IMG/VR virus record: IMGVR_UViG_3300024239_000121
Span: 7,923-71,922 of that record
Origin: a virus
DNA length: 64,000 bases
Strand: one strand, 5' to 3'
In this document: piece by piece, positions 20,319 to 30,009 of the stretch
Layout: every line of letters starts with the position of its first letter
Numbering within the stretch: position 1 is the stretch's first letter
Position numbers and translations under genes: made by a program
The notes under the pieces: model-generated
Databases searched by the model: none
What the model saw: the letters and a program-made list of their open reading frames with translations, nothing else
Told to the model about the DNA's origin: nothing

Positions 20319-21059
20319 TTACGCGCCGAACAGGCTGGTGGTCGGACGGCTGTTGCCACCGGCTGCAGCTGCTTGACGCGGGGCACCGGCAGTACCGGTG
20401 CTGGCACCCTTGGTGGTCTTGTCCTTGACCTTGCCAGCCCACTTCTGCTCCCAGACGGCGAAGAAGTTGGCCTGTTCAGCCTGAGCACGGATTTCCGCCG
20501 TGGTCATCTTGTCGCGGGCACGGAAGATCTTGTCGACTTCGTTCTCCTCGCGGCTTTCGCCGGTCGGCTGGTAGACACCAGCAGCGTCCTTGGCGGTCTT
20601 GTCGACGGTCTGCTTGAGCAGGCCCAGCAGGACTTCCTGACCGATCAGGTCCATCAGCACGTCAACCTGAGTCGGCACCTCCTTCTTCTCGGTCGAGGAG
20701 TAGAGGTTGACCACTTTCTTCTCGGTGTCGAGCTGGCCGATCTCCTTGCCCACAGTGAGTAGGGTCAGAGCGTTGGCATGCACGAAGCCCGGCAGGTAGT
20801 GCTTCTGGCCCTGCTTGTCTTCGTAGTAGTTCTTGCAGCCCTTGGCAGTGCCGGAGGTCATCCAGAACTGCTGACGGACTTCACCATCGTCATCCTTGAA
20901 GGTGACGTTCAGTGCCAGGGCACCGGAGCTGGCCTTGGAGACGTAGGCCAGTGCGACTTTCATCGGGTACAGACCCGAGTCACGAACACGGGAACCACCA
21001 ACGGAATCTTTCTCGTCGGCGATATTGTTGTCAGTAGTTAGAGCAGCGAGCATGGACAT
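20319..21059 (-). CDS. ssb: N4 gp45-like single-stranded DNA-binding protein
   Basis: EKDSVGG, FWMTSG..KG.KNYY and C-terminal SLFG features; position after the AAA gene. Confidence 0.88.
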   Translation of the reverse strand: MSMLAALTTDNNIADEKDSVGGSRVRDSGLYPMKVALAYVSKASSGALALNVTFKDDDGEVRQQFWMTSGTAKGCKNYYEDKQGQKHYLPGFVHANALTLLTVGKEIGQLDTEKKVVNLYSSTEKKEVPTQVDVLMDLIGQEVLLGLLKQTVDKTAKDAAGVYQPTGESREENEVDKIFRARDKMTTAEIRAQAEQANFFAVWEQKWAGKVKDKTTKGASTGTAGAPRQAAAAGGNSRPTTSLFGA

Positions 21060-21120
21060 AAGAGTTACCTTTTGTTGAATTGAGTGGGGGCTTGGCGAAC
21101 TGTCGCCAGGGTGACTGGAA

Positions 21121-21846
21121 TCAGTCGTAGTACTTATGCAGATGATCGAGGATCGCCTGCATGTTGTTGTCGGTGAAGGTCTCGGAAGTATCGAACAAAC
21201 CGAGTGGGCCACGCAGACGCTCGCCTACAGTGTCCTTTGTCAGTTTGGTCTGGAAGACATACTTGAAACCAAGTGCTTCTTCTTCCGGAGTGATGTTCAA
21301 CAGCGGCGAAGAATAGTCCTTCAAGTTCTTCAAGGGAACTTTCTTCGAGGCAATTACTACAGTGAAGTAGCTTTCGATGCCGTTGTTCTTCAGTGCGCCT
21401 TTTACCGGGACACAAGTTTCCAGAATCATTTCAGATTCGTTCACAGTGTCTTTGGTGTGGGCGATGAAGATCACGTTCTTGGAGGACTTGGCTACATGCT
21501 GTTGCATGAGCGTCTTGAAGTACTGGGCAAAGTCGCTCCAAGATTTCATGGTGTTGGCTGAATTCAGCACGAACAGCGACTCGTACATATCCAGCAGATA
21601 GGTCAGCGAGTCCACCACGATGGTGTGGACCGTTGGATCTTTCTCAGCCACTTCGAAGGCTTCGAAGACCTGGTGGGGATCGGTGATGGTGTACTGACGG
21701 AACTTGGCTCGGAACGGCAGTTTCTTGCCAGCCTCGCAGTTCAGGTACATCACACCTTCCGGATTCTTCAGGCCCATCAGCGAGGCGGATTTACCGGTCG
21801 CGGACTTGCCACACAGCAGAATCAGGTGGTCGTTTACTTGGGTCAT
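21121..21846 (-). CDS. N4 gp44-like AAA/P-loop ATPase
   Basis: Walker A GKSATGKS, Walker B IVVDS; AAGGAG RBS before ATG 21846. Confidence 0.88.
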   Translation of the reverse strand: MTQVNDHLILLCGKSATGKSASLMGLKNPEGVMYLNCEAGKKLPFRAKFRQYTITDPHQVFEAFEVAEKDPTVHTIVVDSLTYLLDMYESLFVLNSANTMKSWSDFAQYFKTLMQQHVAKSSKNVIFIAHTKDTVNESEMILETCVPVKGALKNNGIESYFTVVIASKKVPLKNLKDYSSPLLNITPEEEALGFKYVFQTKLTKDTVGERLRGPLGLFDTSETFTDNNMQAILDHLHKYYD

Positions 21847-21874
21847 TGCAGACTCCTTGGTGGGAATTCGCCAA

Positions 21875-21889
21875 GTGCCCGGAGGGCAC
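21875..21889 (+). promoter_or_regulatory. GGA-triloop hairpin resembling a vRNAP promoter (template strand)
   Basis: GTGCCC-GGA-GGGCAC. N4 numbering puts +1 at C21871, 25 nt before the gp44-like start. Confidence 0.35.
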
Positions 21890-21895
21890 CTGAAA

Positions 21896-22387
21896 TTAAT
21901 TGTCGAACCAGAACACGATGCGGCGATCGTCCGGAGTGTCCGTGGCACCGAGGGTTGCCAGGGTTTCTTCCAGTCGCTTGATCAGGTGGTCGACGTTGTG
22001 GATCGAGGCTTCTTCGCTGGGAGCGATCAGCAGCTGGGCACGAGCGAGCTTCAGCTCTTCCAGCTTGGCGATTAGCTCGGCCTGAGTGCGGGCACCGTGG
22101 GAGTGGCCGTCAGAGTCGTAGTAGTCGCTACGGGCCTTCACTTCGCAGGACACGTCGTCAGGCAGTTCGCTGGTGTACGGGAACGACCAAGGCCAGTCTG
22201 TACGGACACCGTGGTTCAGCAGACCGAAAAACCAGTAGTCACGAGTACGTCCAGGCAGATCATCCATTACTGGATACTCTCGATCGCCTTCGAACTCTGG
22301 CGGCTCGAACTTGAAACTTACAGCTTGATCACACACCCAGATTCCATCTTTCTTGGTTTCTGAGTGCCAATGAATATCGCAACCCAT
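21896..22387 (-). CDS. Conserved phage protein (MGCDIH family)
   Basis: Starts MGCDIHWHSE with GGAG RBS; contains RDYWFFGLL and ends IVFWFDN. Confidence 0.8.
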   Translation of the reverse strand: MGCDIHWHSETKKDGIWVCDQAVSFKFEPPEFEGDREYPVMDDLPGRTRDYWFFGLLNHGVRTDWPWSFPYTSELPDDVSCEVKARSDYYDSDGHSHGARTQAELIAKLEELKLARAQLLIAPSEEASIHNVDHLIKRLEETLATLGATDTPDDRRIVFWFDN

Positions 22388-22456
22388 GTTTGTTATCTCC
22401 GATAAACGGAAGCCAAGCGAGTCCATGTAGTCATCATGGCTTAGCCTGACTTCTGA

Positions 22457-22488
22457 ATAAGAAAAGGAACCCCAAGAGAACTTGGGGT
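22457..22488 (-). terminator. Terminator after primase
   Basis: ACCCCAAG-TTCT-CTTGGGGT followed by TCCTTTTCTT on the - strand. Confidence 0.65.
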
Positions 22489-22500
22489 AAATGGATGCAG

Positions 22501-24642
22501 TCATCGCTTGGAGAGTGCTTTGCCGACCGTGACCATGATGGAACTCATGATTTCCACTTCGTCCAACTTGTCTGGCAACTTGTCGTTCAATGCCACCACG
22601 CGAGAGCGGATACCATCGAAGTCGAAGTTGGCGTCAACCAGGATGAACGCATACTTCATCAGCATGTTGTTCCGGTTGCCGTCGCCCGTGTTGTTGATTA
22701 CCCAGCGTTCCAGATTGTCGAGCGATTGTTGGGAGTCGAAGCGCTGCTTGCGCTCTTCGTTCTTGCTGGTCTTCGGGATGAAGGGCAGAACATCGAACAC
22801 TTCGCCTTCGGTGTATTCATGGTGACCGGGGTGGGTCAGCCACTTCTTGCACCGATGGGCGCAGGACGGATCAGCATCGAACGGCAACCACTGCAGGACG
22901 TTGTTGTAGAACTCCTTGTAGTCCTTGGCATCCATCTTCAACTCGTAGTTGGTAGGCAGGATGATGCGGAACCGGTGGTTCTGGTCGGTGTGGCTCTTGG
23001 TGGTGTAGTACAGCGCCTTGTAGTCCTTGAGCAGCAGCTTGGCCGTGTTCAGGTTGCAGGTGCCGTCCACGTCGATGACCAGCAGGTTGAAGCCTGGCTC
23101 GGCGTTGTCCTCGTTGCGGTAACCACCCTTGAGGTGATGGTTGATCCAGTGCATGCCTGGGGCCTGAGTCAGCAGGTGCAGCTTGTCGAACGGTGCCGTC
23201 TCGTTGTTGTAGCCGGTGGTCATGTCGCTGGAGTAGCTGACGATCATCTTCGCCAAGTCGGTTTCCTTGAGGCTTTCGCCACGCAGGAACTCGATGCCAT
23301 CGTTGAAGGCCTTCTTGATGATGATGTTGTTCTTGTACCCGTAGGCGGTGGCCAGGGTCAGCATCTCCTGCTTCTGGCTCGACGAACCCTTGTAGTAGGG
23401 CAGGTCTTCGACCAGATCAGCCTGAGTCACTTCCTTGCCGATCGCTGCCAGGTACTTGGCCAGCTTCACGTACGGACGGTCCCGCGAGAGCATCTGGCCG
23501 AACGCAGCACCACTGTCCTCCACCAGCCTGATGGCATTGTGCAGGTGGCCGATGGTCAGCTCGGGCGAGTCGTCCACGAAGGCATAGGCACCGGCCAGCT
23601 TGAGCGCCTTGAAGTAGCGGTGGCTCAGCTCTGCCTTGCGGATCTCGTCGTGTTCAGGCATGGCGTCAGCCTGCTTCTCGCACAGCAGCTTGTACTGGAT
23701 CAGCTCCAGGCTGGTGTCCCGGCTCATCACCAGACGCTTGTTGGCGTTGATGATATCGGCCAGGCGCTCCAGCTTGTCGGCCAGCTCTTCGAGGAACTGG
23801 TTGGTCTGCTGGCTGGTTTGCAGCTCGTAGACCTGCTCCGGGGTGAGATCCAGGTTCTTGCTGGCACCCTTGAGGTAGCCGAACAGACAGCGACGTGCGT
23901 AGCCGGTATCCAGCATCGAGTACAACGCCTGCTCGGTGGCAGCACCGTCGAACAGCTTGGATGGTGTACCGAAGAGCATCATGTTGGTCGGCGTGGTGCC
24001 CTTGATCTCCTCGAAGCGGGAGTTGTCGGAGGTTGACTTGACCAGCTTGGTCTTGACCTTGCCCTTGTCGTACAGCTCAAGGAACACGGTCAGCACCTCG
24101 GTGTTGCCCACCAGGTTCAGGCCGATCTCATCGATCTCCAGGTTCACTGCACCGGCATCGGCCATCAGCAACTTGTGACGCATCTGCTTGACCGCAGGGC
24201 TGGTGCCGGAGTCGAAGCTGAACAGCAAGGAACCCAGCTGCTCGAACTCCTTCTGTACCCGGATCAGCTCCTCATCCGGATCGCTGTTCTTGCGCATGGC
24301 ACGCTTGTTGGCCAGCACCGGGAGGTTGCGTTCGGCCAGCAGGGGGAAGGTCTCTTCCAGGAAACGATCGCGGAACTGGTGAATCACCTCGTCCTCGATG
24401 ATGCTGGTCGAGTGGCCCTTGCCCGTACCGGAAGGAGACAGGTTCAACGCATAGACGTTGACCGGAATGTCACCCCGATCGGGTGTGCCTATGATGCAGC
24501 GCATCTGCGAGGCCACTACCGCGAAGTAGTAGCCGACCAGGACACGGAAGAATAACGGCTCCGTGTTCTGAGTTCGGTTGCAGAGTATCTGCACGAGTTG
24601 TTCTGCCGTGGGGTGATACGGCATCTGATTGACGGGAAGCAT
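22501..24642 (-). CDS. N4 gp43-like DNA primase
   Basis: SPSGTGKG P-loop, EIDEIG, and C-terminal GNRNNMLMKYA PriCT-like region; synteny. Confidence 0.9.
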   Translation of the reverse strand: MLPVNQMPYHPTAEQLVQILCNRTQNTEPLFFRVLVGYYFAVVASQMRCIIGTPDRGDIPVNVYALNLSPSGTGKGHSTSIIEDEVIHQFRDRFLEETFPLLAERNLPVLANKRAMRKNSDPDEELIRVQKEFEQLGSLLFSFDSGTSPAVKQMRHKLLMADAGAVNLEIDEIGLNLVGNTEVLTVFLELYDKGKVKTKLVKSTSDNSRFEEIKGTTPTNMMLFGTPSKLFDGAATEQALYSMLDTGYARRCLFGYLKGASKNLDLTPEQVYELQTSQQTNQFLEELADKLERLADIINANKRLVMSRDTSLELIQYKLLCEKQADAMPEHDEIRKAELSHRYFKALKLAGAYAFVDDSPELTIGHLHNAIRLVEDSGAAFGQMLSRDRPYVKLAKYLAAIGKEVTQADLVEDLPYYKGSSSQKQEMLTLATAYGYKNNIIIKKAFNDGIEFLRGESLKETDLAKMIVSYSSDMTTGYNNETAPFDKLHLLTQAPGMHWINHHLKGGYRNEDNAEPGFNLLVIDVDGTCNLNTAKLLLKDYKALYYTTKSHTDQNHRFRIILPTNYELKMDAKDYKEFYNNVLQWLPFDADPSCAHRCKKWLTHPGHHEYTEGEVFDVLPFIPKTSKNEERKQRFDSQQSLDNLERWVINNTGDGNRNNMLMKYAFILVDANFDFDGIRSRVVALNDKLPDKLDEVEIMSSIMVTVGKALSKR

Positions 24643-24660
24643 GGAGCACTCCTGTTGTGG

Positions 24661-25635
24661 TTAAAGCTGAAGTTCCCCCGATTCGAGGTACTTGTCCTTC
24701 TGGGTGCAGGCATAGAACCCAGGACAGTAACGACAAGCCTTTACTTGACCCGGTACTTCAACCACCTTGCCGACATTGCCATCTTTGGCCAGTTGCATAT
24801 AAGCATCTTGCTTATTGTCGAAGTTCTTGGTTGAGCGTTGGGTTTTCGCGGGGTTCTTGTAGTACTTGAACTGAGGGGCAGACCGCCAGAGATCTTCTTC
24901 GGTACAAAGCGGGATCTCATTTTCCGGTGCATTCCAGAACTTATCCAGATTACGAATCTTGTTTCGGATGAATTCTTCGATGAACTCCAGGGAGGGCAGA
25001 CGCAACACATGTTCCAGTGTTCGGCTGGCAGGATAGTTCGGAGAACTCTTTGCCTGTGCCTGGCTCCAGTCAGTGAAGATGAACTGAATGGCCATGGTGT
25101 CTTGCGTGATGATCTTCGGATTCAACCAGCGATAAATACCGCCCTGAAGTCGGTACTTCTCATCGTTGGTGTTGTTGATGTAGGTGTACACCGAAGTGGA
25201 TTTGAAGTCTTCCACTCGGCCATCGCCCACGAAGTCGAACTTGCCGGAAACTTTCCGACCCTCGATCTCACGGTAGGCCCGTTGTTCCAGATAGACCGGG
25301 ATGATGCCCGGACCCAGTTCTTCAGGTGTGGGGTTGATCCGTACCTGGGCGATGACCTTCTTGGGGTAACCCAATGCGGTCATGGCTTCAACGTGCTTGT
25401 GCAGCCAGGCCCGCTCGATGCTGTCATGGATCGCGCTGCCCATGCGGGAGCTGACCATGCCTGACACGTCCACCAGACCCTGCTCCTGAGGAACACGGGC
25501 AGCGAGGATGATCTGGCGCAGGGGTTTGATCAGGGTGGTGGCACTGATGGTGTCCGACTCGTGGTCGTAATTGTCTACTGCTAAAAAGACCGCAACAGAC
25601 AAGGGGACGTTGGAGTTGTTCAGGTATTTACGCAT
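24661..25635 (-). CDS. N4 gp42-like PD-(D/E)xK exonuclease
   Basis: SATTLIKP, GSAIH, SGKFD..EDFKSTS and C-terminal CRYC..FYACTQ motifs. Confidence 0.88.
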   Translation of the reverse strand: MRKYLNNSNVPLSVAVFLAVDNYDHESDTISATTLIKPLRQIILAARVPQEQGLVDVSGMVSSRMGSAIHDSIERAWLHKHVEAMTALGYPKKVIAQVRINPTPEELGPGIIPVYLEQRAYREIEGRKVSGKFDFVGDGRVEDFKSTSVYTYINNTNDEKYRLQGGIYRWLNPKIITQDTMAIQFIFTDWSQAQAKSSPNYPASRTLEHVLRLPSLEFIEEFIRNKIRNLDKFWNAPENEIPLCTEEDLWRSAPQFKYYKNPAKTQRSTKNFDNKQDAYMQLAKDGNVGKVVEVPGQVKACRYCPGFYACTQKDKYLESGELQL

Positions 25636-26125
25636 GGGCTTTTCTCCCGTGATTACAATGGAATCCGTAAAGAGCTTCTGCTTGTTTACGGGTCGCTGCG
25701 GCTGTGTTTAGGTCGTCGAAATACCCAAGAAACTTTTCTTTGTAATCAACAGTGATTTTCGCCATCCACTTAGCTTTGCGTTTATCCCACACCACCCCGG
25801 TGACACCGGATGTGTTGTTTACAGATATGGCGCAATTACGCACATTGTCTTGGGATGTGGCTTCTCGTAGATTTGCCCACGAATTATCAGACGGGTTTCC
25901 GTTGATATGGTCTACCTGCGCTGCGGGTATATATCCGACCATGTATAGGAACGCCAAGCGATGGGCGTAATAAAGCGTTCCGTCTAAGCGGATTTGGGTG
26001 TAACCGTTCTTCTTATAGCCTGCGGGGTGGCCGGGTTTTATCCAGGCTGCCTTACTTACTAACCAAGAAAATGCGCCTGATGCAGGATCATAGTGCAAGC
26101 GCTTCTTAAGTTCGTCTTGTGTCAT
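25628..26125 (-). CDS. HNH homing endonuclease with AP2 domain
   Basis: YYAHRLAFLY, VDHINGNPSDNSWANLR, SGVTGV.W and YLG-like AP2 region; AT-richer than neighbours. Confidence 0.93.
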   Translation of the reverse strand: MTQDELKKRLHYDPASGAFSWLVSKAAWIKPGHPAGYKKNGYTQIRLDGTLYYAHRLAFLYMVGYIPAAQVDHINGNPSDNSWANLREATSQDNVRNCAISVNNTSGVTGVVWDKRKAKWMAKITVDYKEKFLGYFDDLNTAAATRKQAEALYGFHCNHGRKAHA

Positions 26126-26164
26126 GGGTCTGCCTTCTCAATGGAGGCGACCCACGCACTAGAC

Positions 26165-26383
26165 TCAGTGGCGGGTCACCTTAACTTTTATGAACTTTGG
26201 GAAGCCAAAGAAGTTGAAGTAACTCACCTGATGAACAAGATCACCAGGTTGAATAAACTTCGGGGATTTGCAGCACAACAAGGTCAACTTACCGGTATTA
26301 CTTCTTTCCACAGAAATGCGATAGATGTAATACCGGGTCATGAACCGTGGAAAGATGTAAACCAGTAAGCTGATCATGGTCAC
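26165..26383 (-). CDS. Hypothetical protein (AT-rich)
   Basis: GTGA overlap with the upstream stop; fills the gap. Confidence 0.45.
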   Translation of the reverse strand: MTMISLLVYIFPRFMTRYYIYRISVERSNTGKLTLLCCKSPKFIQPGDLVHQVSYFNFFGFPKFIKVKVTRH

Positions 26384-26706
26384 TCGCCTGCCAGGATGGC
26401 AGCTCCTTGCTTGTCTTCTTGAATCATTTCCTGCCAGCGGTTCAATGCCTCCATGGCATTTTCAACCAACTCTTCTTGCCACTCATCTGCAGCCTTGCCT
26501 GATTCCAGCAAGTTGCGGATGGCTTCCTGCAAACAGGGATGGTTGATATTGAAGAGGTGATTGACCCGGTAGGTGTCGATACTGCGTAGATGGCCGAAGT
26601 TTTGAACAGCGTTCTTGTCTCGGCACCTTGGGCAGTAGTCGTTGAGTTCTTCGCTGCGCCAGTTCATGGAGCAGCCAATACTCTTGCAGTGTTGCAGGTC
26701 GTGCAT
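26380..26706 (-). CDS. Conserved phage hypothetical protein
   Basis: IDTYRVNHLF..HPCLQEAI..LL and ALNRWQEM pattern; N-terminal Cys pairs. Confidence 0.75.
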   Translation of the reverse strand: MHDLQHCKSIGCSMNWRSEELNDYCPRCRDKNAVQNFGHLRSIDTYRVNHLFNINHPCLQEAIRNLLESGKAADEWQEELVENAMEALNRWQEMIQEDKQGAAILAGE

Positions 26707-26769
26707 GGTTACTTCCTGGGGTTATTGCGTCCATGCAGTTTATTTCGGGTGTTGGATTAATCCAGTGAC

Positions 26770-27273
26770 CTATTCAGGTGTCTGGATCTGTTGTTTGTTG
26801 ATGTGCCTCTGGATGTGGAACAGACACAACTTGATCGCCTTCAGGTACTTCTGTGCCTGACGGGTATCCACGCCGAGCATGTAGCGAATCTCCTGAGTGT
26901 TGATCACATCCATGCACTGCAGGATGTTGTAGATACGGGTCACACTCAGCGGGATGGAATGCTTCCCAGCCTTGCTGTGGTGATCCAGTCGAGCGATGCC
27001 CAGGATGATGTCGTCCACCGGACTGCCATCGTATGCCTTGTAGTGCTGCATGAAGCTCAGCAAGGTGTTTGGCGTGTTACGTGGAGACGGAGGTCGTGGG
27101 TAGGTGAAGCTGGAGCTGTAGCGAATCCGATCGACTCGTGCCTTACCCAGGCGGGCTGCGAGAGTTGGCATTTGATCGATCGGGTAGGTGCTGATGTAGG
27201 CGTCCAAGATGAACCTCGAAAACGACGCATATATAAAAGGGGTTCTCCCCTGTGCCTTCGGCTCACTCGTCAC
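26770..27273 (-). CDS. Hypothetical protein with probable C-terminal HTH
   Basis: NTQEIRYMLGVDTRQAQKYLKAI fits an HTH pattern; the GTG start is uncertain. Confidence 0.65.
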   Translation of the reverse strand: MTSEPKAQGRTPFIYASFSRFILDAYISTYPIDQMPTLAARLGKARVDRIRYSSSFTYPRPPSPRNTPNTLLSFMQHYKAYDGSPVDDIILGIARLDHHSKAGKHSIPLSVTRIYNILQCMDVINTQEIRYMLGVDTRQAQKYLKAIKLCLFHIQRHINKQQIQTPE

Positions 27274-27303
27274 AGGCTCGAACCCCCTTCAAAACCCTGA
27301 CCA

Positions 27304-27591
27304 GATCCGAGGCGCGAACGCAGCACAAGGCGACGCAGGCGCAGCCGAGTACGCCGCCAGTGCGGAGGTTCGTGTCGAGGATCAGGGAAGGAGAGTTGGT
27401 GTAGCGAGTCGTGATGCCGTGACCGAAGGGTCGGGAGGGCGCGCATTCTAGTGAACGGGTTCACTGAAATTGCTTGACCTGGATCAACTGGCATATAGCC
27501 ATCAGATCGTGTCGATGAATGGTCACTGCAATGTCGCATCCGCACCTGGCGCTCGCAAGCTCGCTGGGTGCTGCGCTCCGCTGCAGTGACC
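27304..27591 (+). ncRNA. Candidate structured RNA or ssDNA-hairpin (origin-like) locus
   Basis: 16-position stem (27304-27319 with 27368-27383) containing tandem G-A and two G-U pairs; AGTGAAC-GG-GTTCACT; 10-bp inverted repeat (27521-27530 / 27582-27591) enclosing a further G-U-containing hairpin. Confidence 0.45.
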
Positions 27592-27658
27592 TGTTCTTCC
27601 TTGAAATCACACTGAACCTCTTCTCAATGGTTCGTCATCGAACGCCCGGAAGGGCGTC

Positions 27659-29893
27659 TCAGAAGGTCAACTCGCAGACACCCCCTGCACAGGCTTGAGC
27701 GCCCATGGTGGATACATCCGTGTAGGTCTGCTTGCCCAGTTCCTTGGCAAAGTCGATGCCTACCATCTGACGCTCGATCGACTTCCAGCGATGGAAGTTG
27801 TGAACGTCCTTCAGGCAGCCAACCATCTCTTCCACGTTGCCCTGGAAGTAGTTGTCGGTGAAATTCTTCGCACGACGCACCCAGTCACGCTTGAGCAGGT
27901 CCTTGGAGTGGCTGGCATGCAGCTTCAGGCCCTTGCCCTGCAGGGTGTCGCAGGCTTGCCAGAGGTTGTCGTTGAAGGCATACAGCCCATCGACGATCAG
28001 GCCAGAGGCGAAGATCGAGGCATCACCGTACTTCTCGGAGATCTCCTGACGGGTCAGGACCTCGGTGAACGGGGCCTGGGGATAGGCCTTGTCACCTTCA
28101 CCAGCCAGCAGGCTGATACCAGCGAACCACTGACGGTTGTCGAAGATGTACTGCTCGACTGCATCCCAGTCGTCCACCGTGATGGTGTTCGACACGTTGT
28201 GACGCAGCTTAGGATCGGTACACAGCTCCACGTTGGTGCCGTACTCGACCCAGAACTGCTGAGCCTTCTTCACGTAGTCCAGCTGCTTCACACCGAGCAG
28301 GTCGTTCTTGTAGATCGACCCAGGCTTGCTGGTCACCGGGAAGCTGACCACCTTGTCGGTGCCGGTACTGGACCACACGCTGTCTTCAACCATGCAGCCG
28401 TTGCGTTCCACCATGGTTTCGCACACCAGATCCGCATCGTTCATCTGCACGTTGCGGAAGTAGCGAGGCGAGTGCTCACCGTGGATACCGGAGGCCGTGC
28501 CCAGCAGGACCGAGGCATTACCGGATGGCTTGACGCAGGTGGTACGTGCTGCTGCGTTGATACCCAGCAGGGCGGCCACTTCAGCGTTGACCTTCTTCAC
28601 CAGCTCGGCACCGTCGATCATGTTCTGCTCATCGAACAACACGTCCGGATTGTTCATCCAGCCGGTGATGGAAACGCCGATCAGGGCTTCCCGTGCGACG
28701 ATCTCCTGGGTGGCCTGGCTCAGGTAGGTGAAGTTGGTGTAGCCCGCTTGCAGAGTGCCCAGAATGGCTCCAGCACGGCACGCATCCATGAAGCTGTCCC
28801 AGTCGTTGCAGTAGCTGCCGTTGATCTCGGACAGGTTGCACATCTGGAAGCCTGAGCGACCGTCTTCGGTCAACGGCAGCATGCCGATCTCGACGCACGG
28901 GTTGTAGGCGTGATCGAGGTTGTCGGTGAAGATGAAGCCAGGCTCACCGAAGTCCTTGACCGACTTCATGATCACTGACCACTCCTCACGAGTGATCTTG
29001 TCACGCTCGATCAGCACGGAGTTGTTGGAGCGACCACGCTGCGGGTTGTTGACGAACCAGTCACCGGTCTTGGCGTTCAGCATCTCCTGATCGTCCTTGC
29101 TGAACAGGCAGATGGTCGCACTGCGACGCACGCCACCGGACAGTACGGCATCGGCCATGAACATCACGAAGTCGTAGGCGACGATCGAGGTCATGCGATT
29201 GCTGGTCTGGGTGTGGCGATCCAGCAGGCTTTCGCACTTGGCCAGGGCCATGCGCAGGCCATCCGGACCAGGTGCCTTGAAGCCACCGCTGATGAACGCA
29301 CCCTTGGCACGGATCAGGCCGAAGTCGAAGACGACGTGGCAGCCCTGGTACTCGGGGAACGGTGCATCGGATTCCAGGTAGCTGGAGAGCAGCACGCCGA
29401 AGGCATCGGCCCAGCCCTCGATCGAATCCGGGATCTCGAAGACCTTGGTCTGGCCAGACCGATGAGGTGCCAGGTTGGGCAGCTTGTCGATGTGCTGCTT
29501 CTGCACCGAGAAGCCTACGCCACAGCCACACAGCAGCAGGTACATGGCTTCCTGGAAGAAGGTGGGGCGATCGACGTGGCTGGAGCTGCAGTTGTAGAGA
29601 CGGGCTTCGTGCTTGAACAGCTGCTCGCCACCGAATTGCAGAGCACGTTGGGCACCCAGGACTGCTTGCTTGGCGTACATGTCTTGGGCGAACTGGATGT
29701 GCTTTTCCAGTTCAGGGGTCATTACATCCTTGTATTTTTCCCGGTGCATATCCATTACACGGGCTACCGACTCTTCCCAGGTTTCATAGCGGTTGAGCGA
29801 GTCAATCCAACGGGAATAACCCATATAGAACTTCGACTGGCTCAACATACGCTTGCCCAGGGTTTCGAAAGACAAGGAACTACTTGCAGACAT
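27659..29893 (-). CDS. nrdJ: Class II (adenosylcobalamin-dependent, monomeric type) ribonucleotide reductase
   Basis: GGVRRSA, NPCVEI, CNLSEIN, KPSGNAS and C-terminal CAGGVCE; no small-subunit gene present. Confidence 0.9.
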   Translation of the reverse strand: MSASSSLSFETLGKRMLSQSKFYMGYSRWIDSLNRYETWEESVARVMDMHREKYKDVMTPELEKHIQFAQDMYAKQAVLGAQRALQFGGEQLFKHEARLYNCSSSHVDRPTFFQEAMYLLLCGCGVGFSVQKQHIDKLPNLAPHRSGQTKVFEIPDSIEGWADAFGVLLSSYLESDAPFPEYQGCHVVFDFGLIRAKGAFISGGFKAPGPDGLRMALAKCESLLDRHTQTSNRMTSIVAYDFVMFMADAVLSGGVRRSATICLFSKDDQEMLNAKTGDWFVNNPQRGRSNNSVLIERDKITREEWSVIMKSVKDFGEPGFIFTDNLDHAYNPCVEIGMLPLTEDGRSGFQMCNLSEINGSYCNDWDSFMDACRAGAILGTLQAGYTNFTYLSQATQEIVAREALIGVSITGWMNNPDVLFDEQNMIDGAELVKKVNAEVAALLGINAAARTTCVKPSGNASVLLGTASGIHGEHSPRYFRNVQMNDADLVCETMVERNGCMVEDSVWSSTGTDKVVSFPVTSKPGSIYKNDLLGVKQLDYVKKAQQFWVEYGTNVELCTDPKLRHNVSNTITVDDWDAVEQYIFDNRQWFAGISLLAGEGDKAYPQAPFTEVLTRQEISEKYGDASIFASGLIVDGLYAFNDNLWQACDTLQGKGLKLHASHSKDLLKRDWVRRAKNFTDNYFQGNVEEMVGCLKDVHNFHRWKSIERQMVGIDFAKELGKQTYTDVSTMGAQACAGGVCELTF

Positions 29894-29916
29894 ATGCCTA
29901 CCTGTTGGTGGGGTGG

Positions 29917-29963
29917 AAAAAAGAAGCCAATGCCCTCGCAGGAAAAGTTCGGGGCACTGGCTT
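29917..29963 (-). terminator. Terminator after thyX
   Basis: AAGCCAGTGCCC...GGGCATTGGCTT followed by CTTTTTT on the - strand. Confidence 0.7.
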
Positions 29964-30009
29964 AAAGGTGAGGAGAGTTACAGCGGGTGTATTAGAACAC
30001 TGACGCTAG

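Noticed and set aside
27571-27586. GC-GGA-GC core on the - strand
   Set aside because: The stem is interrupted after 2 bp, and it is better explained as part of the larger fold at 27521-27591.
29894-30009. Cobalamin riboswitch upstream of nrdJ
   Set aside because: No B12-box or conserved core is visible; the structure present is an ordinary terminator.
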